Shown here: positions 25,376-34,725 of the stretch, piece after piece
Layout: every line of letters begins with the position of its first letter
Position numbering within the stretch: position 1 is the first letter of the stretch
From: Limisphaerales bacterium
GTDB lineage: Bacteria > Verrucomicrobiota > Verrucomicrobiia > Limisphaerales > UBA11358
NCBI GenBank assembly: GCA_031411455.1
Contig: JANOBC010000059.1
Span: 1-47,973, forward strand
Direction of reading: 5' to 3'
DNA: 47,973 bases
Position numbers and translations under genes: made by a program
The notes under the pieces: model-generated
What the model saw: only the letters and a program-made list of their open reading frames with translations
Databases searched by the model: none
What the model was told of the DNA's origin: nothing

Positions 25376-26227
25376 TTATTTGAAAGTTTTTTTCAGAAAC
25401 GCCAGCCCCTTCACGGCGATGTCCTCGCGGCGCGGCTCAATCTTCCGCCAGATCGCCGCCGCGCGGGCGATGACTGCCACGTCTTGCGTGAACGATTCAA
25501 TCACCACCGCGCCGTCGTAGCGCGCGGACTTCAGGGCCGCCGCCACGCCACGCCAATCCACATGGTCGTTGCCCGGCGTGCCGCGATCGCTCGCGCTCGC
25601 ATGAAAGTGGCCGATGTGCTTACCCGCGCGCCGGATGGCGGCCGCCGGATTTTTTTCCTCGATGTTCATGTGAAACGTGTCGAGTAACAGCTTCAACGCC
25701 GGGCTGTCCACCTCGCGAATCATCCGCAGCCCTTGTTCCACCGTGTTCAGAAAATCCGTCTCAAACCGGTTCAATGGCTCCAGACAAATAATTTTTTCGT
25801 TTGCCTCGGCGTAAGCACAAATGTTTTTCAAATGCGCGCGCACCGTGCGCCACTGATGGCGAGACAACTCCGGCGGCGTGGCTTCCGCTCGACCGGTGGC
25901 GGAGTAGAGCGGCCCCATCACGATTTTTGTGCCGAGGATTTCCGCGTAGTCCACCAGCGTTTTGACATACGCGACCGCCGCGCGTTGCTGCACCGGCGTG
26001 CCGCGCAAATCGCGCCCCGGCGGAAAACACGCGCACGCCGAAGTGCAGACCAGACCGTGCCGATCCAGTTGCGCCCGCACGAACACGGGGTCAAGGTCGC
26101 CGACATTTTCCACCGCGATTTCCACGCCGTCGAAACCCCACGCCTTGAACTTGCCGAATAATCGCGTGCTGGCGTTCGTGAACGGCGAGGTGAACAAAAA
26201 AGTGTTGATGCCAAATTTCATCTTCAT
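25376..26227 (-). CDS. sugar phosphate isomerase/epimerase (xylose-isomerase-like TIM barrel)
   Basis: MKMKFGINTFLF start, GFDGVEI, ICLEPLNRFETDFLNT and HFHASASDRGTPG metal-ligand contexts. The track start at 26296 overlaps the upstream gene; ATG at 26227 is preferred. Confidence 0.85.
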   Translation of the reverse strand: MKMKFGINTFLFTSPFTNASTRLFGKFKAWGFDGVEIAVENVGDLDPVFVRAQLDRHGLVCTSACACFPPGRDLRGTPVQQRAAVAYVKTLVDYAEILGTKIVMGPLYSATGRAEATPPELSRHQWRTVRAHLKNICAYAEANEKIICLEPLNRFETDFLNTVEQGLRMIREVDSPALKLLLDTFHMNIEEKNPAAAIRRAGKHIGHFHASASDRGTPGNDHVDWRGVAAALKSARYDGAVVIESFTQDVAVIARAAAIWRKIEPRREDIAVKGLAFLKKTFK

Positions 26228-26246
26228 TAAACCGGTGTCGTGAAAA

Positions 26247-27248
26247 TTATTTTCCTTTCGCCCACGCCAGTCCGTCCGCCCCCGACCCGGCTTCAATCAG
26301 CTTTTTCACCTTCCACGTTTGCGTGTCAATCACCGCCACTTGCCGGCTGCCGGAGCAGGACACATAAGCCTCTGCGCCATCGGGTCGCACCACTACTTCT
26401 TGCGGCGCTTTCGCCACGTCCAAAGTCTGCACCACCTTCATGGTGGCCAAATCAATCACCGCCGCCTGATTGACCTTCGGCAGCGCGATGACCAGCCAGC
26501 GGCCATCCGGCGTGGGTGCGGAACCGTAGCCATTGCTTGGTAAGTCAATCCACCGGCTCACGCCATTCGTGCGCGTGTCAATGACCGCGAGACGTGGCTG
26601 CGTTTGGTCGGCAGTGAAAACCCAGCGGTCATCTGGCGAGAGCGAAATGCGCTGCGTGTTTTTGCAAACCGGAATCACGGCGAGAACTTTCTTCGCCGCT
26701 AGGTCCAGCACCGAAACCGTTCCCGGCGCGACGTTCGCCGTGTAACCACGTTTGCCGTCGCTCGTGATGGCGAGCATGTGCGACTCCGCCTGGCCGGTGG
26801 GGATTTTTTCGACCACCTTCAACGTCTGCGGGTCAATCACCGTCACGGCATTTTCAATCTCCGTCGTGACGTAAAGTAAACCGTTCTTTGGCCCCATCAC
26901 CGCGCAGTGCGGGCGCAAACCTTTTTCCAAATCCACCGTGCCGACTACCGCGCGCTTTTCCAAATCAATCACGCGAATTAATTGTCCGTCCGTGCCTTTG
27001 CCGCCCACGCCGCCGCTGCCGTAAATGGGGACGTAGGCGAATTTGCCATCGGGCGACGCCACCACTTCATGTCCCGTCACGCCGTCTTCCGGCACGGTGG
27101 CGAACATTTTTCCAGCAGTGGTATCCATCAGTCCCAGCGTGTGATCGCCCTTGTTCGCCACGAGCAAAATGCCATGGCTCAAATCTTCCGCCGCAAACGA
27201 CACGGAGACGCAAGCCAGCACCGCAAAAATTATTAGTTGGGTCTTCAT
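26247..27248 (-). CDS. secreted YVTN-type beta-propeller repeat protein
   Basis: Signal peptide MKTQLIIFAVLACVSVSFA. Repeated ~40-residue units (...AYVPIYG, LYVTTEIENAVTVID, GYTANVAPGTVSVLD, VFTADQTQPRLAVID, AYVSCSGSRQVAVID). ATG at 27248 preferred over the track start at 27284. Confidence 0.75.
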   Translation of the reverse strand: MKTQLIIFAVLACVSVSFAAEDLSHGILLVANKGDHTLGLMDTTAGKMFATVPEDGVTGHEVVASPDGKFAYVPIYGSGGVGGKGTDGQLIRVIDLEKRAVVGTVDLEKGLRPHCAVMGPKNGLLYVTTEIENAVTVIDPQTLKVVEKIPTGQAESHMLAITSDGKRGYTANVAPGTVSVLDLAAKKVLAVIPVCKNTQRISLSPDDRWVFTADQTQPRLAVIDTRTNGVSRWIDLPSNGYGSAPTPDGRWLVIALPKVNQAAVIDLATMKVVQTLDVAKAPQEVVVRPDGAEAYVSCSGSRQVAVIDTQTWKVKKLIEAGSGADGLAWAKGK

Positions 27249-27302
27249 GTGAAAAATAATGGGGCGGTTCCTCCGGCAACGCAACTCCTCAAAAAATTTT
27301 TA

Positions 27303-27370
27303 CCACGAAATACACGAAACACCCGCAAGCACCGTAAAAAAATCCGGGCTCCCTTTCGCGTGTTTCGTGG
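27303..27370. repeat. REP-like hairpin of the CACGAA variant family
   Basis: ccacgaaatacacgaaacac lies at 27303-27322. Of this, cacgaaacac (27313-27322) pairs with gtgtttcgtg (27360-27369). The element is intergenic, between the ECF sigma stop and the beta-propeller start. Confidence 0.75.
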
Positions 27371-27371
27371 T

Positions 27372-28112
27372 TCAACTAAAAGCCCCAAACAACGCCCGCA
27401 TCTCGTCGTCCACCTGCGATTCATCCGCCAGCGTGTTCGCAATTTCATCCCGCAGCAATGCGCGATAACGCTTCCGCAGCCGGTGGATCGCCACGCGCAC
27501 CGCGCCTTCTTCCATGCCGAGCGACTTCGCCACCGCCGCCTGCGCCGAGTCACCGCCGCCCGCCATGAGAAATGTTTTCAACTGCTCAAATAATTTCCCT
27601 TTGCCATCCGCCGCGCACTCCGCCTGCAGCCGCTCGATCACGCGCGCGAGCAAGGCCAGCGCCCATTCGCGGTCGAACGCCTGATCCGGACTTGGCTCAC
27701 TTGTGGCGGCGACTTGAAATTTTGTGTCCGCCGTTTCCCAATTCAGCGAAAAATGCTCCGTGCCACCGCCGCGTTTTTGCGCCTGCGACTTGTCCCATTC
27801 GTTCGCCAGAAAATGTTTCAACGCCGCCAGCAGGAACGCGCGGAACTTTCCTTTTTCATTATCGAGATTTGCTAGAAAATTTTTCTCCAGCAGCCGCGTA
27901 AAAAAAGCCTGCGTCAAATCCTCCGCGTCCGCCTTCGCGTGACCGCGCCGCCGGACGTAGGCGTAGAGCGGAAACCAGTAGCTCCGGCATAACCGCTCCA
28001 GCGCCAAGTCGGACTGCGGCGTGTGACGTTGACCCGCCGCGAGCACGACCGTCCAATGCGTCGTGGCGAACACATCGCCCGGCGCAGTCGAGGAGGCGCA
28101 GTGGGAACTCAT
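27372..28112 (-). CDS. ECF-type sigma-70 family factor (PVC THW-type N-terminus)
   Basis: N-terminal TTHWTVVLAA motif, region 2 (AEDLTQAFFTRLLEK, FRAFLLAALKHFLANEW) and region 4 (AVAKSLGMEEGAVRVAIHRLRKR). Confidence 0.85.
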   Translation of the reverse strand: MSSHCASSTAPGDVFATTHWTVVLAAGQRHTPQSDLALERLCRSYWFPLYAYVRRRGHAKADAEDLTQAFFTRLLEKNFLANLDNEKGKFRAFLLAALKHFLANEWDKSQAQKRGGGTEHFSLNWETADTKFQVAATSEPSPDQAFDREWALALLARVIERLQAECAADGKGKLFEQLKTFLMAGGGDSAQAAVAKSLGMEEGAVRVAIHRLRKRYRALLRDEIANTLADESQVDDEMRALFGAFS

Positions 28113-28223
28113 TTCAAAAATTCCGTAATTGTCGGCGACGACGTGCGGAGCCTAAAAATTTCAATCGCCCACCTTTCCCAGAAGCAAACGCGGCGGATTG
28201 TTACCAAGTTTTTTTGCCGGTCG

Positions 28224-28901
28224 TCATTTGTAGCCGCGATGCAGGATGGACAGCGCCTTGAACAAATCCAGCGCGCGCACCAACGCCGGGTCGCGGACGA
28301 TGGGTTGCACCGGGGTCGGACGCGCGGAGGACAAATCTTCGGACGCATCCTCGCCGTCTTTGATGCGACGACGCACCAGTTCCGCCTCGGTCATGTGATC
28401 CACAAAGACGCTTATCCCCGCCTTGCCCGAAGCTCCGGCTGGATTGTTGGTGGCGATGACGGCGAAAGGATCGGCCTGATAAATTTTCTCCGCCGCCGCG
28501 CTCACAACCACGGTGAGATCCGTCGTAATTCCCGGCGGCGGGTTGGTGGAACTGATGATGAGGCACGTTTTTTCCGCTCGCAACGTCGCCGCCAAATCCG
28601 CCGCGCTGCCGCGCGTCTGGCTGTTCACGAGAATGGCCAGCGGCGATTTTGTTTTTGAAAAAAATTCCTTTGCCGCCGTCAGCGCCGCGTTATCGCCATC
28701 CACAAAACGCAGGTCCAACACCGTTCCGGTAATCCGGTTGGTGGCTTGGGACGCGCGCACTTGGGCCAGCCACGTTTCTGAAATCCGGTCGGCGCGCAGG
28801 CACAGCACGTTACCCTCTAGCACGGAAACCGGCGGGAGCGCGGCGGAGCAAAGGTTGGCCGACCGCAAGGCCGCGAGCAGGAGAACAGTGAAAAATTTCA
28901 T
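28224..28901 (-). CDS. secreted peptidase-S41-like protein (possibly non-catalytic)
   Basis: Signal peptide MKFFTVLLLAALRSANLCSA. GTVLDLRFVDGDN ... PLAILVNSQTRGSAADLAATLRAE resembles the S41 core (DLR.N.GG ... vLvN..taSAaE). No obvious catalytic Lys context. ATG at 28901 preferred over the track start at 29012. Confidence 0.4.
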   Translation of the reverse strand: MKFFTVLLLAALRSANLCSAALPPVSVLEGNVLCLRADRISETWLAQVRASQATNRITGTVLDLRFVDGDNAALTAAKEFFSKTKSPLAILVNSQTRGSAADLAATLRAEKTCLIISSTNPPPGITTDLTVVVSAAAEKIYQADPFAVIATNNPAGASGKAGISVFVDHMTEAELVRRRIKDGEDASEDLSSARPTPVQPIVRDPALVRALDLFKALSILHRGYK

Positions 28902-29024
28902 GCGCCGAAAAATGCGCCAGCCACGACGGAAAGTAAAGGGCGGGACGAAGAATAACGGAATGCAAAATGGCGCAGCAATGCACCCGGAGCGCACCCGGCT
29001 TGGGCGCAGCAACTTGCGAAATGG

Positions 29025-29606
29025 TTATGGATTAGTTCCGCCGCCGCCGCCGCTGGCCGCCTTGAGGGCGATGACGATGAGGATGCCAATGATGACGGCC
29101 ACGATGGCACCGCCGATGATGAAGTAGGTGTTGACCTTGTTTTTCTTCTTGGAGAAAACCGTGTTGGTGTCGAAGCCGGGCTGACGTGTGCCGCCTTGTT
29201 CGAGGTCGGTCAGGCTGACGCCGCGCGCCATAACCATCGTGGCCCCTTCAGATTGTTTTTTCGGCGCGGCGGCGGTGGGCGCGGGCGCGGCGGAAACGGG
29301 AGCCGGAGCGGATGCCGGCTGGCCGTCATCAATCTTCAGCTCGACCTGACCAAAGCGCAGGATCTGGCCAGACTTGAGCGGGGCCTCGGAAATTTTTTCG
29401 CCGTTGACGAACGTGCCGTTGGTCGAATTCAAATCACGAATGACGACTTCGGAACCGCGCATGAGAATTTCCGCGTGATGGCTGGAGACGGAGGCGTCGG
29501 CGATCTGGAAAGTGTTATCCTCCACGCGGCCAACGGTCGTGCGTTCGATTTGCAGCTCGAACGTGCGGCCGGTCATGCCTTGGTTCAGGATAACGAGTTT
29601 CGCCAT
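29025..29606 (-). CDS. FHA-domain protein with C-terminal transmembrane anchor
   Basis: FHA signature TTVGRVEDNTFQIADASVSSHHAEI ... RDLNSTNGTFVNGE. Pro/Ala-rich linker, then a C-terminal TM helix (YFIIGGAIVAVIIGILIVIAL). Confidence 0.85.
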   Translation of the reverse strand: MAKLVILNQGMTGRTFELQIERTTVGRVEDNTFQIADASVSSHHAEILMRGSEVVIRDLNSTNGTFVNGEKISEAPLKSGQILRFGQVELKIDDGQPASAPAPVSAAPAPTAAAPKKQSEGATMVMARGVSLTDLEQGGTRQPGFDTNTVFSKKKNKVNTYFIIGGAIVAVIIGILIVIALKAASGGGGGTNP

Positions 29607-29676
29607 AGATTAATTGTTGGAATTATGAGTGCGACCGGCTTCAAGTCAAACGGAAATCTTTCGCAAGCATTGTGTT

Positions 29677-30834
29677 TTAGCCGCGTTTCAAAATCAAATC
29701 GCGGAACTCGGCGAACAGCGGCGTGGAATCGTGCGGACCGGGCGCAGCTTCGGGGTGATACTGCACGCAAAAAACCGGCTTGGTCTTGTGCCGCAAACCT
29801 TCAACGGTCTGGTCGTTCAAGTTGATGCGATGCACCGCGACATCGGATGGCAAGGATTTCGCATCCACCGCGAAGCCGTGGTTCTGCGAGGTGATTTCCA
29901 CCGCGCCGGATTCCAAATCTTTCACGGGCTGGTTGCCGCCGCGATGACCGAACTTGAGCTTGAAAGTTTTTCCACCGAACGCCTGACCGAGAATTTGGTG
30001 GCCGAGGCAGATGCCAAAAATAGGAATGCCGGACTCGAGCAGCGTCTTCACTTCGCGCACGATGTAATTCAGCGCAGCGGGATCGCCGGGGCCGTTCGAG
30101 AGGAAAATTCCGGCGGGCTTGTGCTTCAGCGCGTCCGCCGCCGTGGCGGTTGCGGGCAACACTTGCGTGGCAAAACCATGCTGCCGCAGGCGGCGCAGGA
30201 TGTTGTATTTCATCCCGAAGTCGAACGCGACAATCGGAATGTCGGCAGCGGGCAGCGGTTTGCGGATGTTGCGCGCGTCGCCACCTTTCACTCCGCGCAC
30301 CAGGTCAAAAGCCGCGCTCTGCTCGTCTTTGGGATCCCAGCGGAACTCTTTCTTGTGCGTGACTTCCTTGACGTAATCTACGCCGACGAAGACAAATTCC
30401 TTCGCGCGCTTCACCGCCTCGGCTTCGGAAATATTTTCCGTGGTGATGAAACCGTTCAACGCGCCGCGCACCCGTAATTTTTTCGTCAACGCCCGCGTAT
30501 CAATTCCTTGGATGCCGGGGATGCCATTCTGCTCGAGATATTTTTCCAGCGAATAATCTGCGCGCCAGTTGCTGACGACGGGTGAAAGTTCGCGGATGAC
30601 GAAGCCGGACGCGTGCGGACGCCATGATTCCACGTCCTGCGTGTTGACGCCGTAGTTGCCGATGAGCGGATAGGTCATTGTCACGATCTGGCCCTTGTAG
30701 GACGGGTCGGTGAGGATTTCCTGATAACCCGTCATGGAAGTGTTGAAGCAAACTTCGCCACAGGCGGACGCCTTGGCGCCGAAACCTGTGCCGTGAAACA
30801 CTGAACCGTCTTCGAGGGCTAAAATGGCTTTCAT
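29677..30834 (-). CDS. carA: carbamoyl-phosphate synthase small (glutaminase) subunit
   Basis: FGICLGHQ (catalytic Cys), HRGGNQPV, VQYHPEA. The first codon of the track is TTG at 30837; the ATG is one codon in. Confidence 0.95.
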   Translation of the reverse strand: MKAILALEDGSVFHGTGFGAKASACGEVCFNTSMTGYQEILTDPSYKGQIVTMTYPLIGNYGVNTQDVESWRPHASGFVIRELSPVVSNWRADYSLEKYLEQNGIPGIQGIDTRALTKKLRVRGALNGFITTENISEAEAVKRAKEFVFVGVDYVKEVTHKKEFRWDPKDEQSAAFDLVRGVKGGDARNIRKPLPAADIPIVAFDFGMKYNILRRLRQHGFATQVLPATATAADALKHKPAGIFLSNGPGDPAALNYIVREVKTLLESGIPIFGICLGHQILGQAFGGKTFKLKFGHRGGNQPVKDLESGAVEITSQNHGFAVDAKSLPSDVAVHRINLNDQTVEGLRHKTKPVFCVQYHPEAAPGPHDSTPLFAEFRDLILKRG

Positions 30835-30922
30835 CAAGTGCCGTAGAATAGTTTCGTTGCGTCAGCGGTTCAAGCGTGAACCCGCTGGCGGATGGTAATT
30901 TTTGCGTTAGATTCAGCCCTCA

Positions 30923-31372
30923 ATGACGACGCACATTTTTGAGACGGAACTCTGGCTGCCGGTTCGACGCGAAACAGTTTTTCCGTTCTTCGCCGATGCG
31001 CGGAACCTTGAAGTCATCACGCCACCATGGCTTAATTTCAAAATCCTCACGCCCGGCGAAATCCCGATGCGCGTCGGAGCGCTGATTGATTACCAGATCC
31101 GCATCCACGGTTTCCCCGTTCGCTGGCGGACACGCATTGCCGACTGGAACCCGCCGGTCAGTTTCGTGGATGAACAATTGCGCGGACCGTATCGGCTGTG
31201 GCATCACACGCATACTTTTGCGGAAAAGGACAGCGGCACCTTATGCCGCGACCGCGTAGAATACGCCGTGCCAGGCGGCGCGCTGGTCAATAAATTTTTC
31301 GTGCGGGCTGACGTGGAGAAAATTTTTGCGTATCGTGCGGTGGCGCTGAAAAAACATTTTGGCGCGGCGTGA
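30923..31372 (+). CDS. SRPBCC-superfamily (cyclase/dehydrase-like) protein
   Basis: 149 aa, ATG at 30923. The pattern ELWLPVRRETVFPFFADARNLEVITPPWL ... GPYRLWHHTHTF is typical of the SRPBCC ligand-binding fold family. Confidence 0.7.
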   Translation: MTTHIFETELWLPVRRETVFPFFADARNLEVITPPWLNFKILTPGEIPMRVGALIDYQIRIHGFPVRWRTRIADWNPPVSFVDEQLRGPYRLWHHTHTFAEKDSGTLCRDRVEYAVPGGALVNKFFVRADVEKIFAYRAVALKKHFGAA

Positions 31373-31380
31373 ATCTTTTT

Positions 31381-31959
31381 ATGAAAATAGCACTCATTAT
31401 TCTGGCGGTCGTAGCCGTAGCCGGTTTGCTGGTGGCGGGCTGCTCGTCCGTTCGCGGCGGGTATGAATCCGCGCCCTATCAAGTCGTCCGCAGTGCCGGT
31501 AAATTCGAGCTGCGAAATTATCCCACACTCGTCGTGGTGGAAGTGCCGATGCGCGGTGCGGATGACAGCTTCAGTCGGCTGTTCCGCTACATCGGCGGCA
31601 AGAATGCCGCACAGCAAAAAATTTCCATGACCACGCCGGTCTATATGTCGGGCGAAAACACCGATGCCACGATGGCTTTCGTGATGCCCAAAACCATGAG
31701 CGCCAGCCAAACGCCCAAGCCGAGCGATCCGGGTTTGACGGTGAAGGAAATCAGCGGCGGACAATTTGCCGTGCTGCGTTTCAGCGGTGGTCGCAGCCGC
31801 AGTCAAGAAACCAACGCGCTCGTAAAGCTGGAGCAATGGCTGTCCGCGCAAAATCTGCAAAAAGTGGGTAGCCCGATTTATGGCTACTTCGATCCGCCGT
31901 GGACGCCATCATTTTGGCGGCGCAATGAAGTGATGCTGCGCGTGGACTTAGCCAAGTGA
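31381..31959 (+). CDS. SOUL heme-binding-family lipoprotein
   Basis: Lipobox LLVAGC. SOUL/HBP motifs (ESAPYQVV, FELRNYP, KISMTTPV, MAFVMP, FAVLRFSG, GYFDPPWTPSFWRRNEV). ATG at 31381 preferred over the GTG at 31369 that overlaps the upstream stop. Confidence 0.8.
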   Translation: MKIALIILAVVAVAGLLVAGCSSVRGGYESAPYQVVRSAGKFELRNYPTLVVVEVPMRGADDSFSRLFRYIGGKNAAQQKISMTTPVYMSGENTDATMAFVMPKTMSASQTPKPSDPGLTVKEISGGQFAVLRFSGGRSRSQETNALVKLEQWLSAQNLQKVGSPIYGYFDPPWTPSFWRRNEVMLRVDLAK

Positions 31960-31960
31960 T

Positions 31961-33343
31961 TCAGGCGGCGATGAGTTCGGTGTCTTCCGACCAAACTTTT
32001 TTCCCGCCGACAATCGTCGCCACGGCCTTGCCTTTCAGCGTCCAGCCGAAGAAGGGATTGTTCTTGGACTTACTTGCGGAATCTTCGCGCTGATAAATCC
32101 ATTCCGCATTTTCATCGAACACCGTCACGTCCGCGTCTGCACCGACACTCAAAGTTCCCTTGTTTAAGTTCAGCAAGCGCGCGGGATTAACCGTGAACTT
32201 CGCAATCATGTCCGCGAGCGAAATGCGCTTCGGGTGGACGAGCTGCATGAGCGAGAGCGCCAGTTCCACTTCGAGGCCGGTGATGCCGAAGGGGGCGTAG
32301 TTGAACTCGACTTCCTTTTCGTAATCGCAATGCGGCGCGTGGTCGCTGCACAGGATTTCAATCGTGCCGTCGACCAGGCCTTCGAGAATCGCCTCGCGAT
32401 CCTTGGCGGTGCGAAGCGGTGGATTCATTTTGAAATTCGTATCATAACTTGGCCAGGTGCGGGTGGCGTTCAAGGTTCCCAATTCGGACTTCAAAGTTTT
32501 GCCATCGTCCGCCCAAAACTTTTCGCTGCCGGCAATCGAAGCGTCCGTAAGCGTGAAGTGATGCGGGCAGGCTTCGCCGGAAATGGAGACACCACGTTTC
32601 TTCGCGTCGCGGAGAAGCGCCACGCTACCCGCTGCGCTCAAGTGTTGGCAGTGGATTTTCGCGCCGGTAAGTTCGGCGAGTAATATATTCCGCGCCACAA
32701 TCATTTCCTCACCAGCGGACGGCCAGCTTCGCAAGCCAAGCGCGAGGCTCCAGTAGCCTTCATTCATCACGCCGTCGGTCACGAGCGAATAATCCTGGCA
32801 GTGATCGAAAATCGGGAGGCCGAACATCTTCGCGTATTCACAGGCGCGGCGCATGAGTTCGTTGTTCTGGATACAATGCCCATCGTCCGTGATAGCGACA
32901 ATGCCCGCCTTTTTTAAGCCACCGATCGGCGCGAGTTCTTCGCCCGCAAGATTTTTGGAAATCGCTCCGGTGACAAAGACGTTCACCATCCCCTGCTCAC
33001 GGGCGCGTTCGTGAATGAGCGCCACGGTTCCCGCGCTGTCAATCGCCGGCGAAGTATTTGGCATACAGACCACGGAAGTGAACCCGCCTCGCGCCGCTGC
33101 CGCCGTGCCGGTGGCGATGTTTTCCTTGGCCGTCTGGCCGGGTTCGCGGAAGTGGACGTGCAAATCAATCAAGCCGGGCGAAACAATTTTTCCCGTCGCA
33201 TCCAACGTCGCGACGCCAGCGGGCGCGGAAAGTTTTTTACCGATGGCGGAAATCTTGCCGTCGAGAATGAGAACATCGGCGATGGCGTCAAACTTGTTGG
33301 CGGGATCAACCACCCGACCACCGGAGAGGAGCAGCGAATTCAT
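31961..33343 (-). CDS. pyrC: dihydroorotase (amidohydrolase, long type)
   Basis: DLHVHFREPG (HxH metal site) and SDHAPH. ~460 aa. ATG at 33343 (MNSLLLSGGRVVDP) preferred over the track start at 33379. Confidence 0.9.
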   Translation of the reverse strand: MNSLLLSGGRVVDPANKFDAIADVLILDGKISAIGKKLSAPAGVATLDATGKIVSPGLIDLHVHFREPGQTAKENIATGTAAAARGGFTSVVCMPNTSPAIDSAGTVALIHERAREQGMVNVFVTGAISKNLAGEELAPIGGLKKAGIVAITDDGHCIQNNELMRRACEYAKMFGLPIFDHCQDYSLVTDGVMNEGYWSLALGLRSWPSAGEEMIVARNILLAELTGAKIHCQHLSAAGSVALLRDAKKRGVSISGEACPHHFTLTDASIAGSEKFWADDGKTLKSELGTLNATRTWPSYDTNFKMNPPLRTAKDREAILEGLVDGTIEILCSDHAPHCDYEKEVEFNYAPFGITGLEVELALSLMQLVHPKRISLADMIAKFTVNPARLLNLNKGTLSVGADADVTVFDENAEWIYQREDSASKSKNNPFFGWTLKGKAVATIVGGKKVWSEDTELIAA

Positions 33344-33384
33344 CGCCGTGAGTTTAGCGACGCACCGCGATGGGAGCAAGCGCG

Positions 33385-34161
33385 TCAGTGGAAGTTGATC
33401 ATGTTGGCCGTCCGATCCGCGTCGTTGACCGCCCAGAGATTGAGTGGGTCGAAGGCTGCGCCGTATTTGTAGTAGCGCGTGCTGCCATCGGCGAAGGCGT
33501 AATTGGCGCCGCCGCCGCCCGAGCCTTTGCCGCGCCCGGAATGGCTGTCTTGCGCGACGGCTCCGGCGAAGTCATCGCCATTGCCCGCCAGCATATCCAT
33601 GTAAAAATCGCCGCGCGCCGCGATTTTTTCGCCGAGCAGAACGGTTTCGCTGGCGTGAGGAATTTCAGTTTCCTTGATGCCGTTCTGATAATTTCCCGCC
33701 ATGTAGTCGGCAAAGTCCGTGGCATTCAGCTTGCGGCTAAAAAAATCATTGAAGCCGTTGATGAAATAGCTGCGCGGCGCGGCATCGGCGATGTTGTTGG
33801 ATGGCCCGATGGTGGATGGAAAATTGGTGGTCTCGCTCATGCAAACGATCACCTTCAAATTTTTGCCGTAGTAATCGTAAAACTTCACCGGCCAACGCTC
33901 GGTGCGGAGGCGCGGGGGCAGAATTCCATGGCTGTCGTCCACATACATCCGCATCGCGAGGCCGAGCTGGCGGAGGTTGTTCGTGCAGGAAATGCGCTTG
34001 GCCATCTCCTTGGCTTTGGCGAGCGAGGGCAGCAGCATGGCCGCGAGAATGGCGATGATGGCAATGACCACGAGCAGTTCAATCAAGGTGAACCCGGCCT
34101 TCGCCTGGCTACGGCGCGGCCAGCGCACCGGGCGACGAAAATGTTTTTGCGTTTGAAACAT
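33385..34161 (-). CDS. DUF1559-type protein with prepilin N-terminal cleavage/methylation domain
   Basis: [30 protein letters not shown]. The C-terminal ...[11 protein letters not shown] corresponds to the H-X9-DG-like motif common in PVC genomes. ATG at 34161; the track GTG is at 34170. Confidence 0.85.
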   Translation of the reverse strand: MFQTQKHFRRPVRWPRRSQAKAGFTLIELLVVIAIIAILAAMLLPSLAKAKEMAKRISCTNNLRQLGLAMRMYVDDSHGILPPRLRTERWPVKFYDYYGKNLKVIVCMSETTNFPSTIGPSNNIADAAPRSYFINGFNDFFSRKLNATDFADYMAGNYQNGIKETEIPHASETVLLGEKIAARGDFYMDMLAGNGDDFAGAVAQDSHSGRGKGSGGGGANYAFADGSTRYYKYGAAFDPLNLWAVNDADRTANMINFH

Positions 34162-34210
34162 CCACCCCACAGACGCCGCCCAAGGCCGGCTGGTTAAAAA
34201 AATTTAGAAA

Positions 34211-34723
34211 TTATTTTATTAAGCCAAGCTGCTTCGGAGTCAGCAGCCACGCGAGGGTGGCGCAGCGGGCGTAGCGCAGTTCCGCAACGTCCAGTTTCGC
34301 CAGCCCACTTTTCCGCAAATCAATTGTGGCCGTCGTGCTGCCGGCGATGAGCAGCGAAATCAGCCGGCTCAAATAAGGCTCGTGGCCGACGAGCAGAATA
34401 TTTTTGGCGCGCGGGCCAAGGTGGTTGAGTTGTTCGATGAGCAATTTGGGACTGCCATCCGGCGCAAGGTGCGCAGTGAGGACGAGCTTGCGGCGCAGCG
34501 CCAGCGCCTCGGTCACAATCTGCGCCGTCTGTCGGGCGCGCAGCAGCGGGCTGGACACAACGGCGTCGAACTTCAGTTCCAGCACGCGCATCGCCTCGGT
34601 GGAGCGCCAGAGTTTTTGTTCGCCCTTGCTGGACAGCGGGCGGTCAGCGTCCGGCAAATTTTTCGACAACCGGTCTTCGCCCGGGTTGGACGCGATGGCG
34701 TGGCGGAGAATGAAAAGGTTCAC
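34211..34723 (-). CDS. sixA: SixA-type phosphohistidine phosphatase (histidine phosphatase superfamily)
   Basis: LFILRHA (RHG-type catalytic motif) and LLVGHEP. 170 aa. GTG start 2 nt after the ppk1 stop. Confidence 0.8.
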   Translation of the reverse strand: MNLFILRHAIASNPGEDRLSKNLPDADRPLSSKGEQKLWRSTEAMRVLELKFDAVVSSPLLRARQTAQIVTEALALRRKLVLTAHLAPDGSPKLLIEQLNHLGPRAKNILLVGHEPYLSRLISLLIAGSTTATIDLRKSGLAKLDVAELRYARCATLAWLLTPKQLGLIK

Positions 34724-34725
34724 GA

